From Candidatus Poseidoniaceae archaeon (GTDB taxonomy: Archaea; Thermoplasmatota; Poseidoniia; Poseidoniales; Poseidoniaceae), in assembly GCA_028356125.1 (NCBI GenBank), contig JAOMTZ010000008.1:587-64586 (forward strand): a stretch of DNA of 64,000 nucleotides, read 5' to 3'. Every line of letters begins with the position of its first letter. Within the stretch, counting starts at the first letter, position 1. The notes beneath the pieces are model-generated. The model had not been told where the DNA came from and did not search any database. It saw only the letters and a list, made by a program, of their open reading frames with translations. A program made the translations under genes and the position numbers. Positions 16,740 to 26,245 of the stretch are shown here, one piece after another.

Positions 16740-17390
16740 ATGATTGACGAGTTTGGCAAGGATATGAACCCCCAACTACAACAGATGTTGATGCAGGATG
16801 CGATTATCGTCCAACAAGCCATAGAAATGGGCAATGTCCTTCTTGGAATCGAAGCATCAAACAAGTACGATGTGTTCGGGCCTACTGGCCACAAATTAGG
16901 TTCAGTTGCAGAAGTTAAAGGAGGAGCAGGTGGATTCATTCTGCGCCAGATTTTCAATAGTGCTAGGGCTTGCAAGTTACAGATTTTCGATCCTCAAGGT
17001 CAAGAAATTGGATTAATTGACAAGCCATTCAGATTTATTTTCTCTGAGATGGCAGCGATAGGAAAGAACACTGAAGGAATGGGAGAAGTAGGCCGTGTAA
17101 AGCGTGTTAGTCTGATTGCTAGAAACTACGCGATCTCTGTTGGCGGAGTTAACCAATTTTCAATTAAGAGCAGTTTATTCCAGTTCGGTAGAATCAAATT
17201 CGATGTCACTAGAAACGGCATTGTAGTTGCATCAATTGCTAAGAAGTACGAAGGTTTCATGAAAATGGCTTTCACACAGGCAGATAACTTTTCAATACAA
17301 TTCTTTGACAAGAATCTAACCCTTGAAGAAAGATACTCTCTTTTCGCAACTTTGTTCCTTATCGACTTCAACGTCTTTGAACAAAGATGA
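16740..17390 (+). CDS. Phospholipid scramblase (PLSCR) family protein
   Basis: IIVQQAIEMGNVLLGIEASNKYDVF aligns by eye with the PLSCR1 core (QQIELLEVLTGFETNNKYEI). FTQADNFSIQF matches the PLSCR Ca-binding segment DADNFGIQF. The C-terminal helix LFATLFLIDFNVFE resembles ACFLIDFMFFE. The track's alternative start is TTG 16716. Confidence 0.85.
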   Translation: MIDEFGKDMNPQLQQMLMQDAIIVQQAIEMGNVLLGIEASNKYDVFGPTGHKLGSVAEVKGGAGGFILRQIFNSARACKLQIFDPQGQEIGLIDKPFRFIFSEMAAIGKNTEGMGEVGRVKRVSLIARNYAISVGGVNQFSIKSSLFQFGRIKFDVTRNGIVVASIAKKYEGFMKMAFTQADNFSIQFFDKNLTLEERYSLFATLFLIDFNVFEQR

Positions 17391-17401
17391 GATGAATAGT
17401 T

Positions 17402-18484
17402 TCATTCTGTTAGCATCTTTCCGACTTTCTCGATTTTACGAATAATTCGATCGAGGTTATCGATTGATTTCTGCTTCATCATTGAAACATCCATTCCAAC
17501 TAATCGATGACCCAATGGTAATCTTCCGCCTAGGAGATTAAGCAGTAACATTTGTTCTCGTGCCTCCATCCCTTTGAGTGCTTTCTCCACAGTATCCGGT
17601 GTACAGTTGCCCTTTTTCAAATTCTTGAGCAGTGAATTCGGAACAGAAAGCCTCTCGAATCCTCCTTTCTTCAATAACCAATCTTCTCCTCTACGCATAT
17701 GTTGTGTTGTCATAGCAGACCAAAGCGCAGTGGATAGTCTATCTGTTCTTGCAACTCTTTCGACAAGTCCAGTTGCTCTGAATCTCTCCAAAATACGTCC
17801 AACTCTTGCTTTAGGGCCATCCAATTCTTTTGCAGCTTCATCGATTGAAATCGGGGGACCCGAATTTAGCAGCATTTCAAAAATACGAACAGAAAGAGAA
17901 TCGGAAGCGATTTCTTTTCCTGGCCTTTCACCTAGTAACCCCATATCCGCCATAAATCTTGAAAGTTCACTTTCTCCATCTTCTAGCGGGCCCCATTCTT
18001 TGATTCTGATTAATGCACTAGGCTTACCATCAGGTGGTAATTCAATAGCCATAGCGACTTTCTTACCTCGGTTCCAAACATCATCCATCATCTCAAGTCT
18101 TTGTGAATGAATTAGATTTGCTCTAACCTTCATACTGGCAATAGCCTTGGTGATTGAGCCTCCAACCAAGTAGTATGTTTTCCAGCCTTTACCCGATGAT
18201 GTAGATACTAAACCCGCAGATACTAGTCTTGAGAAGTGATGGTGTATTGCGGCAGTTGTTAATCCCAAGTCGTTCGCAAGATCTCTAGTTTCATAACCTC
18301 TACTGGCATCAAGAAACAGATGTTCAGACAGTATTCTGTGAATCGGAGAATATGTGCCATCATCTGCGGCATTCTCACCTCTGCGTCTGTGCAGACACAA
18401 TGTGTCGATAATCCATGAAATTAGGTTATCACGATTTTTCTTACTAGCGGGTAAGGGGATTTCATCCACGCGCAAGTCGAACAT
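17402..18484 (-). CDS. Transcriptional regulator with two winged-helix (ArsR/TrmB-like) domains
   Basis: HTH-like segments are ETRDLANDLGLTTAAIHHHFSRLVSAGLV and ISIDEAAKELDGPKARVGRILERFRATGLV. ATG 18484 is preferred over TTG 18517. Confidence 0.7.
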   Translation of the reverse strand: MFDLRVDEIPLPASKKNRDNLISWIIDTLCLHRRRGENAADDGTYSPIHRILSEHLFLDASRGYETRDLANDLGLTTAAIHHHFSRLVSAGLVSTSSGKGWKTYYLVGGSITKAIASMKVRANLIHSQRLEMMDDVWNRGKKVAMAIELPPDGKPSALIRIKEWGPLEDGESELSRFMADMGLLGERPGKEIASDSLSVRIFEMLLNSGPPISIDEAAKELDGPKARVGRILERFRATGLVERVARTDRLSTALWSAMTTQHMRRGEDWLLKKGGFERLSVPNSLLKNLKKGNCTPDTVEKALKGMEAREQMLLLNLLGGRLPLGHRLVGMDVSMMKQKSIDNLDRIIRKIEKVGKMLTE

Positions 18485-18553
18485 ACAACTGACCGAATGA
18501 CGATAGGTTTTGAACAATCCGCAACAAACGTTACTTGAGAGACGATTACTGAA

Positions 18554-19201
18554 TCAGCGCCTTTCATCGGACCAATCGTAATCAAGAGGTCTCGAAGAGT
18601 TCCACTCTTCTGAATTAATCAGGTGAGGTGCCATCTCTAGGCGGTCTTCTCTCATGATTCCACGGCGGCGCAGAACCTTGACAGCAGAGTGAACAGTTGC
18701 TCTTGAGCGGCCAATTCTTCTTGCTAGAGATGCCTGTGAGCGAGGTATTCCATTGACTTTGATATCGTCAATTATCGTTCTTTGAACAAGAGATAAACCA
18801 ATTGGCATTTTTCTTGCTGCTTCATTCTCTCCCACATTCATTCCGCGAAGGACTTCGACTTGTGAAGGAGCTCCTGCGAAGTAGCAAGTTCGGCCATTAA
18901 CTGAGATTATTGTAATGGATTTCCTACTGGTTAGGACATCGAGGTGGTGTCTTAGGGTTCCGTTTGCTGCAGACAGGTTAGATTGTAATTCACGATAACA
19001 AAGGCCAGGGCTCTTCTCTAGAGTCCTGATTATCCTTCGTCGAAGAGGATGTTCGTAATCGCTAATCTTTGATTTGACTCCACCTCTTGTGAATGCAAGA
19101 GAGGAAAGGCCTGAGCCTAGGCCTACCAAACCGCCAGTAGCTCCAGCGATCCCAGCAGCAAGCCAAGGACGCTGAGAAATCCACTGTCTCAGAAGTGCCA
19201 T
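18554..19201 (-). CDS. Membrane-tethered regulator with two winged-helix domains
   Basis: N-terminal Gly-rich TM helix WLAAGIAGATGGLVGLGSGL. wHTH segments are LCYRELQSNLSAANGTLRHHLDVL and RSQASLARRIGRSRATVHSAVKVL. Confidence 0.7.
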   Translation of the reverse strand: MALLRQWISQRPWLAAGIAGATGGLVGLGSGLSSLAFTRGGVKSKISDYEHPLRRRIIRTLEKSPGLCYRELQSNLSAANGTLRHHLDVLTSRKSITIISVNGRTCYFAGAPSQVEVLRGMNVGENEAARKMPIGLSLVQRTIIDDIKVNGIPRSQASLARRIGRSRATVHSAVKVLRRRGIMREDRLEMAPHLINSEEWNSSRPLDYDWSDERR

Positions 19202-19252
19202 AGATTATATTCAGCGCTACTCACATGTAATGGATTCGGTTGATTGAATCAT

Positions 19253-19759
19253 TCACTTTGTCTTCATTGAACCATTACGAATTTTCAGATGAGCCACCAA
19301 AGGAGATAGTAATCTTCCGCATGTTACTCCGTGTTCTGAAAGAATGTATTCGACTCTAATTGGAGGCCCATCATCGACTTGTCGGATTACTAACTCTTCT
19401 TCGACCAAGAATCTCAATTTGTCGGACAGTGTGCGACTGGAAATACCTGAAAGGAGTTTTTTGAGTTGGTTGAACCTTCTTGGCCCGGCTATGTACAGTG
19501 TAGAGAGGATTTCGATAGTCCATCTACTTCCGAATACATGTAATGCTTCAACAGCAGCTTCGACTTCCCATTCTGTATTCCATGGGCCTGAAGATGAGTG
19601 CTTGGCCAAGACTTTTCGAATATGTGTTCCGTTAGAAATTGTATCCTCAATGTGGGATTCAACATCTTCAAGAATTGCACTAGGAAGAGTTAGTGGAGGT
19701 TCGGGCATATACTCGGTAAGAGGTGTCCGAAATAAAACATAGTGTAACAGAAACACCAT
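19253..19759 (-). CDS. HxlR-family winged-helix transcriptional regulator with an N-terminal extension
   Basis: HxlR signature GSRWTIEILSTL...RRFNQLKKLLSGISSRTLSDKLRFLVEEELV...VEYILSEHG. Its ATG shares 1 nt (TGATG) with the stop of the upstream dehydrogenase gene. Confidence 0.8.
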   Translation of the reverse strand: MVFLLHYVLFRTPLTEYMPEPPLTLPSAILEDVESHIEDTISNGTHIRKVLAKHSSSGPWNTEWEVEAAVEALHVFGSRWTIEILSTLYIAGPRRFNQLKKLLSGISSRTLSDKLRFLVEEELVIRQVDDGPPIRVEYILSEHGVTCGRLLSPLVAHLKIRNGSMKTK

Positions 19760-21816
19760 CAGGAGTTCTGATAGGTAGGTTTTCTTCCTTCGATTAGAGC
19801 ACTCAATCCTTCTAGAGCATCGTCGGTAGAAAATATAGTTTCCAGATTACTCAACTCTTGTCCAAGGCCGTCTGAAAGGTTGGTGTTGCCTGCAGCATTG
19901 ATCAAATCATTTGCTAGTGAAAGGGCGATTGGAGCAGTGCGAGATAGAGACTTCATCTGACGGGAGACTCCCTTGTCTTCAGAATCAAAACCTTCAGGGC
20001 AATTACCAGCAAGAACGGTTGCAATATTTTCATCGCTGTAGAATGAATTTGCAAACTGTACAACTTTAGAATCAGGATTTGCAGGTTTCCCTGGATACTT
20101 GTTTTCTGGCTTACCATCGGAATCTAGAGTACGGATAGTAGATTCTACTTCTGAGATATCTACCAGATTTGTAACTAGTCCAAGGTCTGCTGCAGTCTTT
20201 GAATCCATGAAGTTTCCAGCTAAAACAGCCCATCTAGCCGCAGGAATACCTGAGATTCTAGCAGGGCGTTGAGTTCCACCTAGTCCAGGGAAGATTCCAA
20301 TGCTAGTCTCAGGGAATCTAAATTGAGTCTTGCGAGTTCCTATTCTATAATCACAAGATAAAGCCAATTCTAGGCCGCCACCAAGGGCAAGACCGGTTGT
20401 AAGCGCAATCGTTGTCTTCGAGGAAGATTCTAACTTGTCTTGGACAACATGTCCGTTAGCAGTAAAGTCGTAGATGTCAGAAAATGAGTCTGCACGGATC
20501 TTATCGACGAAGAATTTCACATCAGCACCTGCTACGAATGCTTTGCCTGCTCCATCGAGGACAATTGTTCTAACCGAGTCATCAGAGTTTGCTTTGTCTA
20601 GTGCCAATCCCAATTGATTAACTACAGTTTCATTTAGGGCATTCATTGCTTCTGGTCGATTGATTGTGACAGTTGCAATTCCGTTTTCTACAGCCAAATC
20701 TACGTAACTGAAATCGAATGATTTGTTCCTTTTCCAAACTTCAGGAACTGGGAAGTTAGCTAATTCACAATAGTCTTCGGCCATTGACTTCGCTTCATCT
20801 ATTCCCAAACGGTTTGCTAATTCGAAAGGCCCACGAGCCCAACGAAGTCCGACCTTTGCTCCACGATCTACGTCTTCAAGTGAACAAATCTCTTCATCAA
20901 CAATTTGACCTGCAACTGCAAATACTTGGCCCAATAATCTGACACGGATTGTTTCAGCAGCCTCCTTACTACAATCAACATCCTCGCCAATTTCCCATTG
21001 GTCTCCAGCAGCGACCATTTCTCGTAAGTTCTCAGCACCCACATACCTTGGAGTTTCAAGTTGTTCTGCGAGATAGTCGGTAGAATGCAGTGCGATTGGA
21101 GGGCCTGTAAGGTTCATCAATGCGAAAGGACCCATGCCAATTCTGAATGCTTTCATAGCGACTGCATCAATTGCTGCAGCGCTTGCAATTCCTTCTTGGA
21201 GTAGCAGGCATGCCTCATTCAACCAAGGTACGAAGAACCGGTTAACTACGAAACCTGGGCGGTCCTTACAGATTATTACGACTTTTCCAAGACCACGACA
21301 ATACTGTACGGTTCTAGCTATAGTTTCTGCAGATGTGTCATCTCCAGGAATAACTTCTACCAAACGGTTTTTTGCAGGGTGGTAAAAGAAATGCAGTCCA
21401 ACAAATCGGTCAGGTCTACCTGATGCGGCAGATAAGTCGTTTACGGAAAGTGAAGATGTATTAGATGCAAGAATAGTTTTGTCTCCACATACTTCATTCA
21501 ATGCATTGAAAACAGCAGTCTTGATATCGAAGTCTTCGAAAACTGCTTCAATTACTAGGTCGGTATCAGGGGATGTGTTCTCAGTACCGATTACTCCAGT
21601 TATTCTTCCCTGAATATCTGCAACTTGTTGCGGCGAGAAAATCCTTCTCTCAACAGCCTCAGAAAGGAAATCAGCAATAATTGACTGGCCACGTTCAACC
21701 CATTGTGCTTCACGGTCTACCATTTGGACATCAAATTCTTCTTGAGCGGTTTTCTGGGCAATACCTGAACCCATGTTGCCGGCGCCGATGATTGCTACAC
21801 TCTGTACTGGCTGCAT
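19759..21816 (-). CDS. Bifunctional 3-hydroxyacyl-CoA dehydrogenase (N-terminal) / enoyl-CoA hydratase (C-terminal)
   Basis: Rossmann motif IGAGNMGSGIAQ with HAD-type middle domains. The C-terminal crotonase fold has ITINRPEAMNALN and GGGLELALSCDYRI. ATG 21816 is preceded by GAGGTG; the track start is GTG 21837. Confidence 0.92.
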   Translation of the reverse strand: MQPVQSVAIIGAGNMGSGIAQKTAQEEFDVQMVDREAQWVERGQSIIADFLSEAVERRIFSPQQVADIQGRITGVIGTENTSPDTDLVIEAVFEDFDIKTAVFNALNEVCGDKTILASNTSSLSVNDLSAASGRPDRFVGLHFFYHPAKNRLVEVIPGDDTSAETIARTVQYCRGLGKVVIICKDRPGFVVNRFFVPWLNEACLLLQEGIASAAAIDAVAMKAFRIGMGPFALMNLTGPPIALHSTDYLAEQLETPRYVGAENLREMVAAGDQWEIGEDVDCSKEAAETIRVRLLGQVFAVAGQIVDEEICSLEDVDRGAKVGLRWARGPFELANRLGIDEAKSMAEDYCELANFPVPEVWKRNKSFDFSYVDLAVENGIATVTINRPEAMNALNETVVNQLGLALDKANSDDSVRTIVLDGAGKAFVAGADVKFFVDKIRADSFSDIYDFTANGHVVQDKLESSSKTTIALTTGLALGGGLELALSCDYRIGTRKTQFRFPETSIGIFPGLGGTQRPARISGIPAARWAVLAGNFMDSKTAADLGLVTNLVDISEVESTIRTLDSDGKPENKYPGKPANPDSKVVQFANSFYSDENIATVLAGNCPEGFDSEDKGVSRQMKSLSRTAPIALSLANDLINAAGNTNLSDGLGQELSNLETIFSTDDALEGLSALIEGRKPTYQNS

Positions 21817-21869
21817 AAACACCGCCACCTCAATCACCTCAATGAATTAAACGGCGAGTCGTACAATAA

Positions 21870-22901
21870 TCAGAACAACGAATTGTATGTTTCTTTGAGT
21901 CTTTCAGTCCATTTCTCAACTGAGAAATCAGCCGCTCTTGCCCTTACTTCATCGCTCTCATCAATCAATTCTGAGATTGCTGTTCGCCACATTTGGATGT
22001 CATCATGAGGTAATATGTGATGCTCCAATGGAATTTCATTGTGTGCTGGTGCGTCAGCAACTAGTGCTACTGTTCCGGCTGCATATGCTTCTAGGGGTGG
22101 TAGCCCAAATCCTTCAGCAATAGAAGGGAAAAGTAATGCATCTGCATGTTGTAATGCTGCAATCATTTCATCCTGTTCTAATCTACCAACCCAATTCAGA
22201 TTACAATCCAAATCATCCGCTAAGTTACACAACTTTCTCTTTGAATCTGGGGATGACTCTGCTCCGATCTTGTGGAGATTTACATTCATTCCTCCACAAA
22301 CCTCGATCGCAAATTCAACTCTTTTACGAGGCTCTTCGCTTCCAATAATAATTAGATTAATTCCATCTTTGAACCAACTTGGTCGAACTGTTTCCACAGC
22401 ATATTGTTCAATTTCGATAGCATGAGGTATCCATGCTGTAGCAATACCTGGGAATCGCATTTCACATTCTTGCTGAGTATATTTTGAAACACATACCAAT
22501 AAATCTGCCCTAGCAATGCCTTGTTTGATTTTATTTAGGTCTCTTTTCCTAATCATAGAAGGCTTGTGATATCCGATTTCCACACCCTCTCTTTGTGAAG
22601 GAAACAAGTGGAATAGGTCGTGCACAGTTACGATAGATCTTCCATTTTGAGGAACAAGTCCTGCTTGCTCTTGGTCGGTAATGTGGACTATGTCGTGGGC
22701 TTCTGCCCATTGAGCAACCTTTTTGGGAGCGCTTTTCCATCTTCGCCATAACCTTTTGATTGGGTTTTTACTCAAATCATATTCATGGACACTTCCGAGT
22801 TGATAATCTTCAACAGAACCCGATTTCAACCTTTCAAGTAGTGCAGAGTGAGTACTACCTAAACCAGAGTATGGAGACATAGCTCCTCCTCTCGCCAGCA
22901 T
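21870..22901 (-). CDS. Glycosyltransferase, GT-B fold (GT4-like)
   Basis: C-terminal GT1/GT4 signature: ADALLFPSIAEGFGLPPLEAYAAGTVALVADAPAHNEI. ATG 22901 is preferred over TTG 22913. Confidence 0.85.
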   Translation of the reverse strand: MLARGGAMSPYSGLGSTHSALLERLKSGSVEDYQLGSVHEYDLSKNPIKRLWRRWKSAPKKVAQWAEAHDIVHITDQEQAGLVPQNGRSIVTVHDLFHLFPSQREGVEIGYHKPSMIRKRDLNKIKQGIARADLLVCVSKYTQQECEMRFPGIATAWIPHAIEIEQYAVETVRPSWFKDGINLIIIGSEEPRKRVEFAIEVCGGMNVNLHKIGAESSPDSKRKLCNLADDLDCNLNWVGRLEQDEMIAALQHADALLFPSIAEGFGLPPLEAYAAGTVALVADAPAHNEIPLEHHILPHDDIQMWRTAISELIDESDEVRARAADFSVEKWTERLKETYNSLF

Positions 22902-22922
22902 TACTCTTCGCAAAATTAACCC

Positions 22923-23966
22923 TCATTGAATTATCTTCAGATGCTTAACAGATTCCGCAATTCCCAAATCCTCCGGGAAATACATTGTCGCTTCAGGAAT
23001 CGGAATTGGTACAATTTCTCTTCCGACTAATGCTACTCTACTAGGTGGTGAGTCATCTAGCAACTTTCTATCAGTTAGAGGGGCTAGGGCGTTGGAGAAG
23101 TCAAGAATATCTTCATGGAATGGCATGTTCTCAGCAGTCAAGTTTTCTCGCGAATTACCTACGTGAACATACCCTTTGCATTCTATCCAATCTGGGTCTG
23201 CCCTGTTGTCTAATGCAGCATATTGAGGAATATGTTCCGGCTTCATATTACGTCCCTTAATCAGAGTATGGCGGCAGACGATTCTTGTGTCTAGGCTTGG
23301 TAATAAGTCGATTGTTTCGTCGAACTTTTCCCATGCTGCAGCATTCCATTTTGGACGACATATTTCATCGAAAACCTCCTTGTTTGGAGCATCTACTGAA
23401 ACATACAATTGTGTTGGAAGAGTATCCAACTTTTCCAGAACTTTTGGCAATGTACCGTTAGTAACTAACATTGTAGTCATACCATGTGAATGACATAGTT
23501 CGATATATTCTGATAATCTGGTGTAAAGAGTAGGCTCGCCATTTAGAGAAATCGCAACATGTTTTGGATTCTGTGCATCCAAAAACTTCTCTTTGGGAAC
23601 CTTCGGGTTTCCTCCGAATCCAGAAAGAAGCCTTCGTTGGGCCTTAACCGATTCATACAACATCTCAAGTGGGTCTTGGTCTGTTAACTCTAAAGTGTCC
23701 ATGTGAGGCTCTCTCCAGCAATAGGAGCATGCCAGGTTACATTGGTCAACAACTGGGGACATTTGCATGCAATTATGGCTTGCAATACCGTAAAACTTGC
23801 CTTTGTAGCATTGACGATCTCTGAGTAAAGATTCCTTTGTCCAATGACAAATCTTTACACCACCGTGTTCGCCCACAATGTGGTAACGTTGCTTTTGCAA
23901 CTTCGCCTTCAATAGTGGGTCCATGCCTATCTGAGTAGTGTTGCCGATTTCAACCCCACGCTTCAT
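22923..23966 (-). CDS. taw1: Radical-SAM tRNA 4-demethylwyosine synthase (Taw1/TYW1)
   Basis: Motifs: KQRYHIVGEHGGVKICHWTKESL, CYKGKFYGIASHNCMQMSP, and the radical-SAM cluster CNLACSYCW. Confidence 0.9.
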   Translation of the reverse strand: MKRGVEIGNTTQIGMDPLLKAKLQKQRYHIVGEHGGVKICHWTKESLLRDRQCYKGKFYGIASHNCMQMSPVVDQCNLACSYCWREPHMDTLELTDQDPLEMLYESVKAQRRLLSGFGGNPKVPKEKFLDAQNPKHVAISLNGEPTLYTRLSEYIELCHSHGMTTMLVTNGTLPKVLEKLDTLPTQLYVSVDAPNKEVFDEICRPKWNAAAWEKFDETIDLLPSLDTRIVCRHTLIKGRNMKPEHIPQYAALDNRADPDWIECKGYVHVGNSRENLTAENMPFHEDILDFSNALAPLTDRKLLDDSPPSRVALVGREIVPIPIPEATMYFPEDLGIAESVKHLKIIQ

Positions 23967-24006
23967 GAGGTGGCATCTTTCGCCTCTTTACTCAATAAAG
24001 TGAGCC

Positions 24007-26166
24007 TCACCTTGAGAGGCTTGGCAGGAAAGCGTTAGCAGCCTTCTCACAAGCGTTTGCAACATCATCCATTCTTTGCAGAACACGATACATGTGCATT
24101 GCAGCTAGTGCATCATCGTCACCAGTAGAGAATACATGTGCAGCAGCCTTGGCTTCTATTTCATCAGCAGCGTGCTCTTTCAGGTTTACCTCTTTGATCA
24201 ACTTCGCAACCTTCTCCTTTGCAACCTTTGTTTCTCCACTAATAGATAGGTCACGCATTGCTAGAACAGTATCTTCGTATACAGATACAGTCTCTGAAAC
24301 AGCCTCAGCCATCTCCTTCAGCATCTTCCTAGCCTTTTTGTCAGTATACAATTCTCTGAAACTTAATTGTTCAGCCACATTCTGTGCATAGTCCGCAATT
24401 CTATCTTGACGAGTTAACATGTGCAAGAAGTCATCCATTGATACGATCAATCTAATGTCGGTCTCAGCCATTCTCGCTCTGAGTTCTGATTTGATATTGT
24501 CAGCATCCAATTCAGCATCGATTGTTGCTTGGATTTCCTTGCTAGCGTCCTTGCCATCTGCAGATTTGTTAACTGCATTTAGCATGTGTCCGACTGTGAC
24601 TTCAACCGCTTCAGCGTGCTCATGGAATAGTTCGAAAGGAGTTTGTGCCTTAGGAGCGTTGACATCGATTGATACTTCACCACTACTTGCCTCTGATAGA
24701 GCATCTTCTACGTAGATCTCCCCATCTCTTGTCTTCCACATAACATAACCAACTGTCATGAATGCAATTGGAAGTAGAATGATCATCTTTAGATTGTCAC
24801 CACCAGATAGGACATAAATTGTTGCGGCTCCGAAAGCTGCAACTGGCACACTAGCAACCCAAGATGCTGCGATCTTTCCAAACACTCGGAAATCAACTGC
24901 TTTAGCGCCACCAGCAAGTCCGACTCCTACAACAGCGCCAACCAAAGTGTGTGTTGTCGAAACCGGTACTGCAAGGAACGGCATTGAGAAAATCATAATT
25001 GTCGTTGCTGCACCAAATTCTGCTGCAAATCCTCTTGTTGGAGTGATTTCAGTAATTTTCTTACCGATAGTTTCCATAACTCTCCATCCCCAGGTCATTA
25101 CACCGATTGCAATTCCTGCTGATCCAAGTAAGACTAACCATAACGGAATTGGAGCTTTCTCCATTAACATTCCAGTGTCATTGGATAGTACTTGCCAAAC
25201 TGCAGCCATAGGTCCGATTGCGTTAGAACGGTCATTTGCACCGTGTGCGAATGCAACATAGGCAGCGGTAATAATTTGTAACCAGACGAAGATTCTCTCA
25301 ACACCCTTGAAACCTCTACTCTCTTCATTGATGTCTATCCTCCTCAGAATTAGATAAAGGCCGAACGATGCAATAGCACCAATTATTGCAGCCAAAAGAA
25401 GCGAGTTCGCAGGGAACCATGCGGTATCCACGAATGGGTTCCAACTACCAACTGGACCACCGTCTGCTGGCTTGTAAGGCAGCCATTCACCCTTATCTTC
25501 AATCCATCCATTCGATTGGGCTTTTGAAAAGAACCCCTTGAGGGCTTTGAACTGCAGAGCAAGGCCCAGGACAAAGAAAGTTGGGAATGCTAGAATTGGC
25601 GCTAACCACAAAGAACGCTGTTCGGGATTTTCTGCATCCAATATCGTTTTCTTAATTATCCAATATGAGAAGAATGCTACCAGGCCACCCATCAAAGGAC
25701 TTGCAACCCAACTCATCACCACTTTCTGAACAACTCCCCAGTTGATGTAAGAGGTATTGTGATCGACCTCAAGAACAAGCCCTACTCCAATTATCCCACC
25801 GATGATAGAGTGTGTTGTTGAAACTGGGAGGCCAAACCTTGTTGCTATTGTTAACCAAGTTGCTGCAGCCATCATTGCGGCAATGAAACCAAATGCAATA
25901 TCTTGAGAGATTTCGGGAGTAACTGTCGAGAAATCTACTTCTAAAATCCCTTTCCTAACAGTATCAGTTACTGCATCTCCTGCGAAAAATGCTCCACAGA
26001 ATTCGAAGATTGCAGCGATAATTACTGCTTGCTTCAAAGTCAGTGCTCGAGAACCAACAGAGGTTCCCATAGCATTTGCAACATCATTAGCACCGATGTT
26101 CCATGCCATGTAAGCACAGACAATCAAAGCAAGCCCAATTACAACCATCGTGATAGGTTCCATCAA
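24007..26166 (-). CDS. Inorganic phosphate transporter (PiT/PHO4 family) fused to a C-terminal DUF47/PhoU-like domain
   Basis: PiT signatures GANDVANAMGTSVGS and HGANDRSNAIGP (two halves). About 220 soluble helical C-terminal residues resemble the DUF47 Pit-accessory family (LDADNIKSEL...QDRIADYAQNVAE...MDDVANACEKAAN). Confidence 0.9.
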   Translation of the reverse strand: MMEPITMVVIGLALIVCAYMAWNIGANDVANAMGTSVGSRALTLKQAVIIAAIFEFCGAFFAGDAVTDTVRKGILEVDFSTVTPEISQDIAFGFIAAMMAAATWLTIATRFGLPVSTTHSIIGGIIGVGLVLEVDHNTSYINWGVVQKVVMSWVASPLMGGLVAFFSYWIIKKTILDAENPEQRSLWLAPILAFPTFFVLGLALQFKALKGFFSKAQSNGWIEDKGEWLPYKPADGGPVGSWNPFVDTAWFPANSLLLAAIIGAIASFGLYLILRRIDINEESRGFKGVERIFVWLQIITAAYVAFAHGANDRSNAIGPMAAVWQVLSNDTGMLMEKAPIPLWLVLLGSAGIAIGVMTWGWRVMETIGKKITEITPTRGFAAEFGAATTIMIFSMPFLAVPVSTTHTLVGAVVGVGLAGGAKAVDFRVFGKIAASWVASVPVAAFGAATIYVLSGGDNLKMIILLPIAFMTVGYVMWKTRDGEIYVEDALSEASSGEVSIDVNAPKAQTPFELFHEHAEAVEVTVGHMLNAVNKSADGKDASKEIQATIDAELDADNIKSELRARMAETDIRLIVSMDDFLHMLTRQDRIADYAQNVAEQLSFRELYTDKKARKMLKEMAEAVSETVSVYEDTVLAMRDLSISGETKVAKEKVAKLIKEVNLKEHAADEIEAKAAAHVFSTGDDDALAAMHMYRVLQRMDDVANACEKAANAFLPSLSR

Positions 26167-26245
26167 TAGTTTCTGTAGTAAGAGGGTATATCACCTGTGG
26201 CCCATGTAATCTATATAGATGTAAATATTGGGGGAAATGATACTG

